Positions 24,537 to 53,161 of a stretch of DNA of 64,000 nucleotides are shown here, in pieces. The translations under genes and the position numbers were made by a program. Within the stretch, counting starts at the first letter, position 1; each line of letters begins with the position of its first letter. A model generated the notes under the pieces. The model was not told the DNA's origin. It did not search any database and saw only the letters and a program-made list of their open reading frames with translations. The stretch is from Diadema antillarum (lineage: Eukaryota), in contig NW_027270913.1 in NCBI RefSeq assembly GCF_040938485.1, positions 3,038,001 through 3,102,000 on the forward strand, read 5' to 3'.

Positions 24537-26540
24537 TTAAAGGTTAATGTTGTTCATCAGTAACTGCACGCCCATGGATACATTAACACCGAATCCTGCT
24601 AAGAAACAGAGCGCCCTCGATGGTTGGGGAATGGCGTAGAGGTAGACGATGGTGTGTAGCAGACGAGATACGGTGAAGATTCTGTAGTGCCACAACAGGG
24701 TGCTGATGGAGGCGCCTGAAAAGAGCGCGTAGAGGAGTCCCAGCCCGAAGAAGGGCACGATGTTCTCAAGGTCGTTCAGATGACACCTGTTTGATACATC
24801 ATGACATAAAATTGTTTTTATGTTGATTCATCTATGATTTTATATCAGGCTTCCTATTCACTGAGAAAGAGAAAAATATCAAAATTGTATTATTACGAAA
24901 GGTAAGAAAATATGGTGGCGCAACAACATGTCACACATTTCCGACAACAAACGCCATCGTGTCCCAGTCTTGATCCAACAGGGACGAACAGGCCTCACCG
25001 ATAAATTTATAATGCATGACATAATCGTTACACAAGATTTAAACTTACAGTGACCATTTTACTTTCTGTAAAATAATAAGGAATTAGTGGAACGTCCCTT
25101 ATTCTAAATCTGTCACTAGTTGCTGAATTTTTGGCATTTTCTTTCCTCTCTAGATGATAGAGATTGACTGCAGTAGAGCAAAACAGGCATTTACGTCTTT
25201 TTCGCTTATATACTCATTCAAAAAGTAGTAAAAAAAAGAAAACAGGTCATTCTCAGATGGAGTCATAAGATCAGTCGCGTTTTTATAATCTTCGTGTTCC
25301 TCAGAATGCAAGAAGTTTATGGGCAAGTAGTTAAAGGAAAAGACCATGGACACTGTAAAATCTGTAAGGAAGAACATATCCTTGACAGAACTGAGGAGTT
25401 TTTTATTTTAGCTTACCTCCTCATTCTCTCAATAACCGGATCGTTGAATGTGAGTTTCTTCTCTTTGTAGTCTTTCCGAACTGCCATATCCTCTTCATTA
25501 GCAAAAGCCTGGAATGTAATACATGCAGAGACCAGAAAATTATGTGAATATGACGTGACTGAATTACTCTTTTTTACAACAAGTTGCTGTCGCAACTGAG
25601 GCTGGATGAAAGGTTCATAAGCTGGGCTTCCTGATTTTACTCTTTTCACTTCTCCTCATTTAATATGATTTCTTTTCATTTCTTACCATTAAATTATTTC
25701 AGGTCGTTTGATCAAGTTTGATTTTCTCACATCATATCATACTTCGTTTTTCGCTTCATATTGTATCATTCTGTTAAAATACTCATTAACAGCATCATAA
25801 ACAGCGTTGATTCTGTCCACTTTTCGTACATGATCAGTTATACATGGGGCTGGTATCTTTAAAATGAGGCTTGTGTGCCGTTAGGTCCATCAAGCATTTG
25901 GGATTATAGCAAGGAGGTACTAGGCGAGCTCTTACCTCCTTGGTTATAGATTGTGAATTGCCTTATAATTTCAGTCATTTTTTCCCTCAAAATACCTTTA
26001 CATACATCCATCACATCACACCATCATGACCATGAGCTTCTGTATAACAGATACAGGCTGTACACACACCGTGCACACAACAATTGCAAACAGCTGAAAC
26101 AAAACGTGTGCCATATCTAAGATACACTTTGTAAGTCCTTCTATAAACATCGGTCCCTAGTGGTTCGAGACTCGATCAGTGATACCAGTTGAACCAAAGG
26201 CAATACATGTATTCCCTAATAATATCACTCCTTCTTAATGTCAGTCCCTATAGTTTAGCAATATACTAACACAAAGTGCAGGCTCAGACTGTTGAAGAAG
26301 GAAAGAAAAGGACAGCTGAAGGATGAAGGAAACGGAAAGGAGGAGGAGAGGAGAAAGAAAGAGAAGCAGCAGCAGAAGAAGATTAATGCTGATAGTGACG
26401 ATCTAGACAGCATGCTACGTTACCTTCCTCTTCACTCTCGTCAGCCCTGTCACGGGGGACAATAAAGCCATCTTCAGTAGTATGACGGTTCCATAGGTCG
26501 CGAAGTACGAAAGTTCCTTTTTCATAAGATAGTCAGACAT
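24537..26540 (-). CDS. MGST1: MGST1-like copy A, complete, 152 aa: exons 26424-26540, 25417-25508, 24537-24786
   Basis: MSDYLMKKELSYFATYGTVILLKMALLSPVTGLTRVKRK / AFANEEDMAVRKDYKEKKLTFNDPVIERMRR / CHLNDLENIVPFFGLGLLY...PQPSRAL...NL*. GT-AG introns, open frame. Confidence 0.95.
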
Positions 26541-26989
26541 TTCTGAAGTTTCTCTCTCGCTGTCTCTCTCGAAAAAAAAAAGAGAAGAAAGAATAAGCTA
26601 AGAAAAAAAAAGTTGTCGATGAATTTGCCCAAGGACACAGACTACAAAGTTTTAGGAAACGGGAGTTTCGTTATTCACCTGTTAAACAGTAAACATGATG
26701 AATCCAACAATGTGAGTGCAGACGTGAAACTGACATGGAGTCCTTCCAGAGACGAGATAAAATACGGCTAAACTATTCCTTCGTGCATTACATGAATGGC
26801 CTGGGTGGGAATCATGCATGTCTTGTCTGAAATTTCAGTGAGACTCTGTGGGTTACACAACGATTCACACACAGCATATCACGTTGCAGCTAGTTTGTCA
26901 ATTTGTTGATAATAGGCCAAGTGACTGCCTGGATTGGACGCTCAAAGTCCAGAGTGATGCTTTTGTGGTTTTTAAAAGTCAAATCAAAT

Positions 26990-27425
26990 TGCGCCTGCGC
27001 AAGGACTACACTCTATAGGACATTTGGCTGGCCTTCTCTGAGATGTAAATCTTTGTCAATTCTCTCCAAAAACCAACAAGGACAACAATGAATTACTCCA
27101 AATATGTCATCTAGATAGCACAAATTATTTGAAGTCATCATGACATACAGATATAAGATAGGGCCTTATCCACGTCAAGATCTGCTTATATTAAATGACG
27201 GTCCCCTGTATTTGTTTCTCCTTTGTTCATAAATACAGTATGCCTTAATATGTTGTTTTGATTCATATGTTATTACAGACTGATGTTGTTATGAAATTGA
27301 CATTTCTTATATATTAATCTGTATGTTGTACCCTCCTCTTTTTTGGCATACTCTGTATCACTTTGTTTTCATTTGTTATTGATTTGGAGAAAGAAAATGC
27401 AGATATAAACCAAACCAAACCAAAC
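26990..27425 (+). mobile_element. Possible highly decayed CR1-like LINE 3' end with (CAAAC)n tail
   Basis: Residual LYRTFGWPSL resembling the CR1 C-terminal LGWxSL motif, then an AT-rich stretch ending AAACCAAACCAAACCAAACC. Confidence 0.4.
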
Positions 27426-27918
27426 CAGTCAGAGTATAATCAAAGGAATATTCGGGCATTTCGCTGAATAAAAGAGTGCTCATAATCAGATTTTTCCCCT
27501 ATCATTATAATAGAGGCAAAAGTGAAGTGGAAGTCAAATAAAAGAGATGGCCTAGCTTATTTGATACCATATTAAAATATGTCATGAATATAAAACGTGT
27601 TAATGTAGGCCTAAATGTTGATGAGTCAAGTGTGGTGGATTCATGATTAATAGTTGCTGAGCAGGTCCCTCAATATCGAATAACGGGTGATATCTGGTAT
27701 GTTTTTATTTTGTTTTGATTATTTTTTTAAAGACGTATTGATTATCAACGACAGTCGCGACAACAATTATCGCTACTATCGTTGACGCTATCACAATAAC
27801 CATATTTCCTTGTAATTGATGTTGTTATTTTATCACCTTATTTATAATATTTTTTTCAATGGATTTAACAATAACATTTCAGTATTTTTTACCGGTGTTA
27901 CACTCCTTAGGTGCCCTT

Positions 27919-28158
27919 CAGGGCCGGCGCAGCCGTGGGGGCCGTGGGGGCTCGGGCCCCCACACTTTTTGTGCACCATACAAAGGAATACATAAGGTGT
28001 CATCACTTTGGGCCCCCACACTTTTTTCAACCCGGAAGTACGTAAGTGGCACTAAAAAAGAAATAGATCGAGATCTAAGTATGGCGGCGGTAAGGTTATG
28101 TATTTTGTCTAAATTTTTATAACAACAGGAAATGGGAGGTGAGAGAATGAGCTGAGGA

Positions 28159-28200
<42 letters not shown>

Positions 28201-28331
28201 TGTCAGTTGAAGTTGGACGGGGAGAGATGAGCTGAGGACCTTTTTTTTTTTTTTTTTTTTTTTTTTTGCTTTTTAGCTCATGAAACCCGAAAGTGGGCCC
28301 CCACACTTTTGAAAACACTGCGCCGGCCCTG
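27919..28331. mobile_element. hAT-like MITE with CAGGGCCGGCGCAG TIR, copy 1, between MGST-A and GPR107
   Basis: CAGGGCCGGCGCAG...CTGCGCCGGCCCTG; internally the inverted homolog of 53748-54169; no clear target duplication at this copy. Confidence 0.8.
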
Positions 28332-28800
28332 CTGTACCCTCCCCGAATTCTATCCTCACTTCGATATACATAGGCCTACATAGAAAGTTTAGTCTTTTGT
28401 TAATTTCATTTATTGGTATAATTTTGTTTATTTCATAATAGACCTGATAATACCTGTCAATTTCTATTGGTATGTTTACATGTTTACATTGTTTAGCAAT
28501 GGTAATATCAAACTTATTGCGCCTCAACTGAATTTTAAAAGAAAAGATATGTAATTTATGAATGATAAAATTCCCGTTATCGTAACAGTATTTTCAGCAT
28601 TTTCCGTTTCGTCACGTGTATCCTTTGCTGGGTTAGTGTTTTTGTGTTTGGGGGGGGGGGGGGGGGGAGGGGTATCGTTGGGTTGCTTACACTCGACGCC
28701 ATACCCAGAGATCAGAATGCAATGAATTTGACTCGACACTAACGGAAGAAGAAGATATGGGGGGGGGGGGGGGGCGCACCGCCCCCTTTAATTTAGTAAA

Positions 28801-28831
<31 letters not shown>

Positions 28832-29019
28832 CCCCTTTACGGAATTCCTGGCGATCGGCCCCTGATCATCTATGGTCATTGCTTTACAGTTCTTTTTGTT
28901 GTTTTTGTTTCTTTTAATTAGGAATCGGGTGGTGGTGTGTCATGGCGTTGGATGCAAACTCGTTCGCGTGGAGCTTGCAGTTTATCACATCATGAGACCT
29001 TCCCCCTTTCCACTTCACC

Positions 29020-29029
29020 ATGACGTCAT
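29020..29029. promoter_or_regulatory. Palindromic CRE/ATF site ATGACGTCAT about 55 bp upstream of the GPR107 ATG
   Basis: Exact TGACGTCA core at 29021-29028, close to the start codon. Function is inferred only. Confidence 0.4.
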
Positions 29030-29083
29030 CACTCACGGAGGAAAAAGAAAAAGAAAAGGACCACTCCAGCTGCGCGACAAACA

Positions 29084-44187
<15,104 letters not shown>

Positions 44188-44888
44188 ACCGGACAGTGCC
44201 TGGTATCCCCTGATCCACATCCACTACCTGGTACCATCATCCCTTGTCTGCAAAGCATCCTGACGTGTTGTCACGGCAACTCGGGATTCACACCGTGGGT
44301 CACAGGATTTCCAAAGGACATGTGAATTAGTGTGATGAAGCGTGAAGTGGAGCAGCACTATTAAAAGCAAGTTGTTGTTCATGCAGATGCAGCAGAAATG
44401 GCAAAGGGTATTGTTGGTACCACATTGGCTCTATTACTTTGGAGGAGAGTGGTAGGCAGGTGTTGTAATTGATTGTCTTCTTTACAGATGTTCTAGCATA
44501 CAAGCCAGAGGCACTTCAAATTATCAAGTGACTTTTGAATCAAATTCATGTAACTACTCATGTCTTTTCCAAATCCTCCACAGGGTCCTGTGTGCTCTCG
44601 GCGGTTTGTGATTTTATGTGGATATGAAGTCATTATAAAAAGCAGTTTGTGTTGATGTTGCATGGTGCTGTCTAATTTGTTTCCTTTGCTGATACAGTAT
44701 GTTTGCAGTGTGTGTAAAAGGAAGGAAGAATTCATCTCAGCTTTCATAATAAGCTATTGAAGTGTGTTGCGCCTAAAATTTAAAAAGGCAGGTTTGGTTA
44801 TGAAGGGAAAGATTGTTCATCAACTCCAAACAGCTTGCATTACATGTACATTATACCCTATCTTTCATTTGATTGTAGTTTGTGTGTG

Positions 44889-45099
44889 TACTGTAAAACG
44901 AGGAATGTTCGCGTGCATTTTAATTTCGCGAATTTCGTGAGAGCCAAGATTCGCGAAAATAAAATGCACATGAAAGTTCTTGTCTACACTATACACATTG
45001 AATGTTAGAGGCAACTCACAAAAATTTCATGCCGCGAAAAAGGCCGTCTGCTCCAATTCGCAAAAATTTCATGCTGCGAAAATATCGTGTTTTACAGTA
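44889..45099. mobile_element. TA-flanked MITE downstream of the GPR107 stop codon
   Basis: TA|CTGTAAAACGAGGAAT ... ATCGTGTTTTACAG|TA. Confidence 0.7.
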
Positions 45100-46002
45100 A
45101 ATCCTTGTGTGTTCACCCCCATTATGTTCATCTGCTTAGAAACTTTGGTAATAAGTGCTGTATAAATGATGTTTTTTTTTCCATCAATAAAAAAAGAAGT
45201 GAAAATAAGACAATAGTGCTTAACCTATCTCCAAACAATTTTCTGTGCAATCTCAATGGAGATGTCTAAGGTGTATATTTTTGTTTTTAATCACTAATGC
45301 ATGAATCTGCTTTGCAGTAATTGAATTTTAGTTTTGAATGTTGTGTGGTTTTGTTTGGTGAGTTGGCTTGTCTTGATACAGTATTGATTCATGTATTGAC
45401 AGACTCTTGCCTTTTTTCATCACAGGGCCTGCTATTGATGATTGTTAGCTAAACAAGTACAACAAAATGACGTTATCACATGTACTTTATGTAAATATTG
45501 CTGCTTCTTGTCACACGTTTTCACCAAGACGTCTTCATGTCATGTTTGGATGTGTGCAAAAGTACATATGCACACCATACGATAGATGCATACAGGTCGC
45601 ATCTAAGAAGAATATTTTATGGTCATTTGCAATCATGGTCTCCATCATGTTAGAACAGAAAGATGTGCCAAGCGAAATGTTAGCCCTTTGATTTTGTTTT
45701 TATGTTAGTATCATGCAGTTTTTCTTCACCATGTCATATATTAGGTTTATTTACATGTAATAGCTTGTTAACTCATTCATGATGGGTTTATTGGAAGAAC
45801 TCGTCTCTGCTTTGAAGTTAATATGTGCATTTGAATAAGAACAGCAGGTTTGTGTTGTGTTGACTGTATAACAGACAGCAGAAATATTATTAAAAGAGAC
45901 AGATGTGTTTTATTTGCAGATGCTATCATTGCTTTACAGATTCACTTTCAGTCTTTTTCAGAACTTGCCATACAATACAATGTAGGTAGGATGAGCAGTT
46001 GG

Positions 46003-46623
46003 AAAAGAGGAAATCCAGTCCAAATATAAGTTAGTCTGATAACAAAGAGTAAAATATTACAAGTTTAACGGTAAAATTTTTATTTTTGTGAAAAATAAGG
46101 AAGTTATGACATTCTGAAGTTCCGCGAATTTTTCAGGAAACAGTTCTTGAATGGTCAATATAAATATGCAAATGGCAAAGTGAGCATGTCATCCCCTCAT
46201 AATTTGCCATATACTGTAGTTTGTACATAAAATTTTGAAATATCCAGTTTTTCATTCAAATGCAATTATGCCCAAGCCTCAAATCCTAGTACATGTATAT
46301 CTAACCGATCACTATTCTGAAGTTAATCAACCAGGAATATCATCATGTTTTAGACTTCAATGACAGAAACAATTAATTTTTGTTATTTTTTTCCTTTTTT
46401 TTTGTACACGATCAATAAAAAATTGTGAGGTTATGACATGGTTAGTTCACTCATATTCATATCCACTGTACAAGAACTGTTTTGCAGAAATTAGCAAAAG
46501 TTCAAAATGTCATAGCTTTCTTATTTTTCATCGGATTTCAGTCAAATTTTTTACTGTTGAACTAGTAAGATTTTACTCTTTTTTATCAAACTAACTTATA
46601 TTTGGACTGGATTTTCCCTTTAA
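46003..46623. mobile_element. T2/Kolobok-like MITE, second family
   Basis: AAGAGGAAATCCAGTCCAAATATAAGTTAG ... CTAACTTATATTTGGACTGGATTTTCCCT|TTAA; left TTAA decayed. Confidence 0.72.
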
Positions 46624-48390
46624 GACCCAGTAGCATGGGGAGAAGTGGGTGGCCTGAATGAAGTGATCCCCAGAAGGGTATATTCGAAAACTGCTAGTGC
46701 TTGTCGGAGAATATATGCACTGATGTGTACTCTCCTCAGTAACGGTCGACTCTAGTCAAGATTCTTTAGCTTTGTGTGTACATGTACTTGCATTGGAGTT
46801 CAGTGATACAGCTGTACACAGTTTGTTAGGGGGATTTTCAAATAAATATCTGAGCCTGTCAGCCTTTGCACTACATGGTATCCCCACCTTACTGTGTCTC
46901 AAGATATGTAATTACTATGTTTGACAGTATTACACAATTAGTGACACTGCTTATTTTCAAGTTCATTTTTCTTTCTTCCATTTTTCTTCTTTGATCTACA
47001 TGTATAGCATGGCAGGTTAAAGATTACTAGGAGATATGAAAGCAGCAAGAATAATGCAGAATTCCTCTTGCAGTTTTAGAAATATATTGCTTTGCCTATT
47101 TATGGTCTAATTATAAATACATATATAGTATTTACTTAAGAGCTTTTAGTGGCACCCGAGCGAATAGTGTAGTTATTTATTGTTTTGTGAAATATGAAAC
47201 TGTCAAGATATCAAGACCCTCCTGGTAGATTTTTGCAGAAATAATGACCCTATATTATTTAACCGGGGAGATGTTTCCCTTTTATGAAACTTGAGCCAAA
47301 AATGCATGTGAAAGTGCTGCCTGTGTAATAGTGGTCTAAGCTTTCTGGACAGAAACAAGATTTTACATATCATGGCTCACTTTGTAATATTATGTTGCAA
47401 TGACTATATTCTTAATCGTCGTTTTCTCCAGTCTGGATTTTTATTGTCCTCCTTTTGGTGGCCAGAATGATGTTGCATGCTGCAAGAATGTAAAAAAAAA
47501 AAAAATATGCAGAAAATTTCAGGGTTGCCCTCTCCTGTTGCCAAATATAGAACCAGCTAGATCTCAGGTTGCTACATGCAGAATGCCTCATAAAGGTGTA
47601 CGACTTGCCATAGTGACATATCAAAAAGGGTAAAGAAACAAAAAGAAAAGAGAAGTGAATTATCCCGATTGTTGGAGGTAAATGTGAAAACAGTTAGAGA
47701 ATTTTTGGCCAGCGTTTCTCTCCTGCCAGGTAATGTGTAACCATAATCCTGTGAATGCTACTTATGCATATTTGCAGTCTGGCAAAATGTTACAATCAGG
47801 GGAGCATTTCATGAAGCATTTTGTTTGACCAATTTGTTGGGCAGATTTGCTCTCAGCCAATCAGATGCAAGGATTTCAGTAGCTTTTAACAGTTTGTCTG
47901 AAAAAATATCTCATAATCATACATCATAGTCCTATGTGCTGCATTTCCAGAGATTTAACTTTGTGCAGAATTCTTTAAAGTATTGACAAAATGCATGTCA
48001 AACAGAAACGCCTTGTTTTTCTGAAGGCACACTGTTATGTTTGATGGGCAAGCTCCATGTGATCACTCCTGCTAGTTCTCTGTTCAGTCTTAGAGAAGCA
48101 CCTTGTGTACTGTACACATTGTATAATGAGATTGTTATGCAATTTACTGGTAAGCAAGCAGTTTCTCCTCACAGTTTGGAACATTGAAACAAAAAAGAAA
48201 AATAGTATCTTGTGTTTCTATCTTTGAATGTGTAGGCAAATATCTGTGTAGCAGCATGTAATGTGTAGTTTCTAGTGTGCACTATGACTCTCGTAGGGAT
48301 GTTCTTCAGCACGTGAAATTATATCTATGACAATGTATATTGCACTGCAAGACAGACGATTTCTGTAAATACATTTCTGGGTAAGAGAAA

Positions 48391-48425
48391 AATAAAATGT
48401 CTATTGACAATGAATTGTTTTTTGT
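48391..48425 (+). terminator. Candidate distal GPR107 polyadenylation signal (AATAAA plus downstream T/GT-rich element)
   Basis: AATAAAATGTCTATTGACAATGAATTGTTTTTTGTTTGTGGTG. Other AATAAA sites near 45186 and 46414 are alternatives. Confidence 0.35.
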
Positions 48426-51400
48426 TTGTGGTGAAACAACTTAATTTCTTTTGGTGTGAAGGATAGTTCATCTTTCAAGTTCATTCTGTAATAAAGGAAG
48501 AACAAAAAAGGACATTTGAAAAAAATTGTGTGTTATTAGCATGTGAGGCAATTTGCATATTTGAAGATTGCGACATGTTATTTTTAGCTTGATAATAGAC
48601 AACAATCGATCGATCATTTTGCAGCGGTAGCATGTGTAAAGTGCTAAAATGCTATACTTAATAGGCCTCCACAGACCGCTTCTTAAATTATATTCACAGC
48701 ACTACCATGATTGCCTGTATGAGCTGCAGCATGTAGACAACCAAAATGGCAGCCTCCCAACTTCATATTTGTTTCATAAGATTTGTTGGAGGGATATAAA
48801 GCAATAAAACAAATAACGAACTGTTTTCAGACCCACATGAAATTATGGATGTCTCAGTGACAGAAAAAGCACTATTCCTGTCACCTCAGAACCCATTTAG
48901 TCCACTTTAGCCTGCCATTGTATGTTACATTTTTTGTTCAGTATTTTGTTTCCAAAATTACAATATCAACAGCACCCCCACCTCGTTTTACAGAAGCAGT
49001 GTTAGGACACACTGTTCCAACTCTAAATGATTGGTACCATCAGGCTAGACCTGTTAGACCTTTAAAAATAGTCACTTTTATGGGGGAGCTGTTTGGGTGT
49101 AAACAGGTTTATGCCTTTCAAAGACATTGTTTCAAGTTGTAGTGACTCAGTGTAGGATCTTGTCAAACTTTGCTCACTGAGCTCTCTTGACATTCAAGTG
49201 TATGGGGGGAAAAAAAGCATCCTCAGCATCAAAACGTTTTGGAAATCATGCTGTCACTACCAAGACATCTATGAACTCTACTGACACTGTAAAGGGAAGT
49301 ACAATAGTTTTATCACAGGAAGTATCAAGTACATGTAGTCACTTTACAGATTTTCACTTTTTTGACGTACAAGTATTTGGCATTTATTTTTGACTGTCAT
49401 TTCTGCATAGGTTCATACACAATATCAAAGACTTTGGTAGCTTGTAGGATAATGGAGCTCAGGTGCTTCACATTGGAATCATAAAAGAGTGCCTTCAACA
49501 TTTGCTCAGATGGACGAGAACATGCTGGTTTGGAAAAAAATGTAACACAACAGTACAAATTACATAAACTTTGGAATTACAATGCCTTGTTCATGTTTTC
49601 ATTGGAAACTAAAAGTAAACAGAAACACAAAACAGAAAATATAACAGTATCTGTGATTAAAGGAAATACAGACTACAAAAATGCAACGCCTTCAGCAGAA
49701 AAATACATACTGCTCGCTTGAACAGAGAAAGGAATAACCTTGCACATAATTAGTACTCTGAAATTACCCCAGGTGATGCGAAAATGTACACATACATTTT
49801 ATTTATTGATCTATCCATTCATACCAATTATAAACATACAGCTGTATGTGTACAGGAGGTCATATCTAAGGACTGTAGGGGAATGTAAGCTATGTGGTGA
49901 CTGGGATAGGAACACAGGAGTTTGTAGGAAGCGGTGGGAAGGGTGGGAAGGATCAAGTGGAAAAATCAAAGTTTATGCAGAGGATACATTGTGGTTTTAA
50001 TAGGTCAGTGGATAGGGATTGTAGTAAGTTCAGGTATAGGCACATACAGTAAGTGATGGGACAGTACAGTATTTGGAGGGGGGGGGGGGAGTAGAGAAAC
50101 ATTGTGGAGTATCACACAGTAGAGAAATTAGACTGTGCAGAGCATGTATGTAAGCAAATATTCAGTTCTAGATGAATATGTGACCTTACACCACATATTA
50201 ACAAAAAGTCGTCAGACATGGATTTCTAAACTCCTCAAAAAGAGTCCTGCAAGTCCAATTTGACGTATCATATTCCTCTCAAATCTATATCATTTCATTC
50301 AAATGTGACATCATAAGAAAGTCTGATTACTTATATTTCAAATGACACCTTACTTGCTGTGATTAGGCATTCTTGGAATGTACAAGACAGCTGAGTATGG
50401 GGACAGATCAGAAGTGAAAAGTCGCAACAATTCTGCTATTGATAATGTACAGTTTTGATGAAAAAGGCCACTGGAACAAGCAATGCTGAAATGACAGTAC
50501 TTTCAAAAACTCCCAATCCTTAGACATTAGATGACTGTTTGGTCAACCTTTATGTTTAATTTTAATCTGCAGATACTACTGCAGTTTTTAATTCATGGAT
50601 GAAGCCTGGAATCTAATGATAATCTCACAATGCATTCTTTTCAAGCACATTCCTTCCCCGAAACGACAAAACAAATGAGAATTACACTGTTTGACATAAC
50701 AGGTTTGCTCTATTTTGTAACATTTCACATTTGGTCTTTCCTCATACTCAGTCATACTGCGCATTCCAGGAATACCCAATCATAGCAAGTGAGATGTCAT
50801 TTTAAAGATAAGTAATCAGGCTTTATTATGATGTCACATTTGAATGAAATGACATAGTTTTGAGAAAAATATGTTACGTCAAATTGGACTTGCAGAACTT
50901 TTTTTGAGGAGTTTAGTTTAGGACTGAATCTGAAAGAGCTGACTTTAAGCTTTAAAGTGATGTATAGCTCAAAACAAATTGACTTTTCTAACCTATCAAA
51001 ATATTGAACAGAAAACACTTACTCTGGAAATGTGTAAATCAACTGGCAAAAGAGGCTCTAAACTATAGGGTCTATTCATGCGCTTAATCTTACCAAGCCT
51101 TGCTAGCTGTGCAATAAATGGGGGGGGGGGGGGGGGGACATGAAACTCTGTGCCATAAATAATGAAGGGATCATCAGATTCAGCTGAAATTGATCATGCT
51201 GCATCAACACATTCTATCCATGACTAACACCAACTGTCACAGCACAGTAGCATTTTCCTTTAAAAAGTTATCAGAGTTGAAAGTAAAGAGTGTGTAAAGG
51301 GTTTTTCACCCGTTTACGGACGAGTCCCGAGTATACTCGAGGTGTCAATGGGAAATGCGTGTTGTAGCAAAATCAGTCTGTCCTCAACTGGTTAAGAAAT

Positions 51401-53161
51401 AAAAAGGGGACTCAATGAGACACCTAATCACACTATTCTACCAAAAAAAGAGAGAAAAAGATAATTAGGGAGATATAAGATTGGGAGGACCACAGGGAAA
51501 GGGAAGATGGCTACGGACAGGGTTCAAAAAGGGTAAATGAGGCAGGTTCGTCAGTTATATAATGTATAAGAGTAGGCTCTGAGGGCATTCTGAGAATTCA
51601 CTCAATCAATTACTTACCTGTGCAAAGTTCAGATTTTGTTCTCTAGATATGAATACACTTGTAAATATACTACAACTAAGTTCTTCCTGTTACATAGACT
51701 CATTACAGACACAGTCCCTATGAATAGAATTTCTCATTTTTGACTTCCAGTAGTACATATTTTCTCATTCTATTTACAATTAAGTCCAATTTCAGTTTTC
51801 TTACTATTTGTTTTCATTTGACCTAATTTCAAGTTAGATTATAGTCTGTGCAGTAGCACCAGCTTTTACACTACCATGTCCAGCATTCACATTCAGTAGG
51901 TGACCAGTGGTCAAATGGACTCTACACTGTCGCTGGCGACCCAGCCTCAGTAGATTAGAATAGTTCTATAGATCAGTATACTTGTTTGCTCATATGTACT
52001 TTAGTTGTGTAGTATAATGTAGTTTTATGAATTTCAATGATTTACATAATTTAGAATATTTATCTGTATATATTGCAAATGTAGAAAACCAGTTTCAAAG
52101 ATGTCTTTACTCCAGCTCCAGGCTTCCATCACTTGCAGTGAAATGTTTTGTGAGTGGCTGAGAGTATTTTCGTGATAAACCTAATTAACACCAACAAAAG
52201 TCGTTGCTATGTGACATGTAATCGATGTAAAGCAAATAGGATGAAAATAGTATAATTTTCAGATATTAACAGTCAAATAAGTTGACTTCTGTGTGCCGCT
52301 GGTCATTGGAATATGACGATAATGATGGGGAGATTGCATGTATTGTACCTGAATTCTGACGTCTTTTTATTTCCATCGTTACCTTAAAATCTTGTTATTC
52401 AATTATTTTGGTTACACATTCAAATCATAGACCTACAATTCTTGTCAGATTGACTTGACAGTTGGAATGAATCATGTTGAAATGTTGCTGAATGGGGTAT
52501 CTGAATGTTTTCCTTGTCATTTGATAGAAGATTTAATAATCAAATGAATACATAATTGGCTGATCTTGTGTGTGATTGGCCAACGTAAATAATTATTCAA
52601 AATAAAATGAATGTTATGTAACAAAATGATAAATCATAAACAATGGACTGATTTGAAATCCAAGTTTAACTCAAGCTTTCAAATAATATTACATGTATAT
52701 ATTTCTACCTTATTTTCTTTGTATAAAAATCAGGTCGTGTAGTGTCAGATTATGTAATTACACATTCAAAACCTATATGACAATATGCCTTGTTTGTCAA
52801 CATTTAAAAATGTAACACTCACCTCCTACAACATATTTGTCACAATACTGTAGTGAGCACCTAATTTTAAAAAAATGCATGCAGTATAAGAGACAAAAGT
52901 CATGTGATCAAAACTGCCACCTGATTTGCCCGCGAGATAGTCTGCATACCCATAAGTAGTTAGATTTCACATCAGTTATCTGATTTCTTTCACAGATTTC
53001 CTCTTTCTTTCCTGCTCAGTTGCTGTGATGTCCTTGCACTTCCAAACATCCATCTGGTCCCTTTCTCCTTAGGTGATGACGTCCTTTCCAATCCGTGTCA
53101 CACCAGGTTCATTGCACTGATGGGTTTTTGTCACTCCAAGGTGGTTTCACCACAGGAACTA

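Noticed and set aside
8176-26540. Calling the MAPEG genes PTGES (mPGES-1), MGST2 or MGST3
   Set aside because: HLNDLENI, FAN.ED and PQP.R motifs fit MGST1 better; prostaglandin synthase activity cannot be excluded without an assay.
44188-53161. Hidden gene or SECIS element between GPR107 and FIRRM
   Set aside because: No phase-consistent exon chain or recognisable protein, and no in-frame TGA in any reconstructed gene that would need a SECIS.
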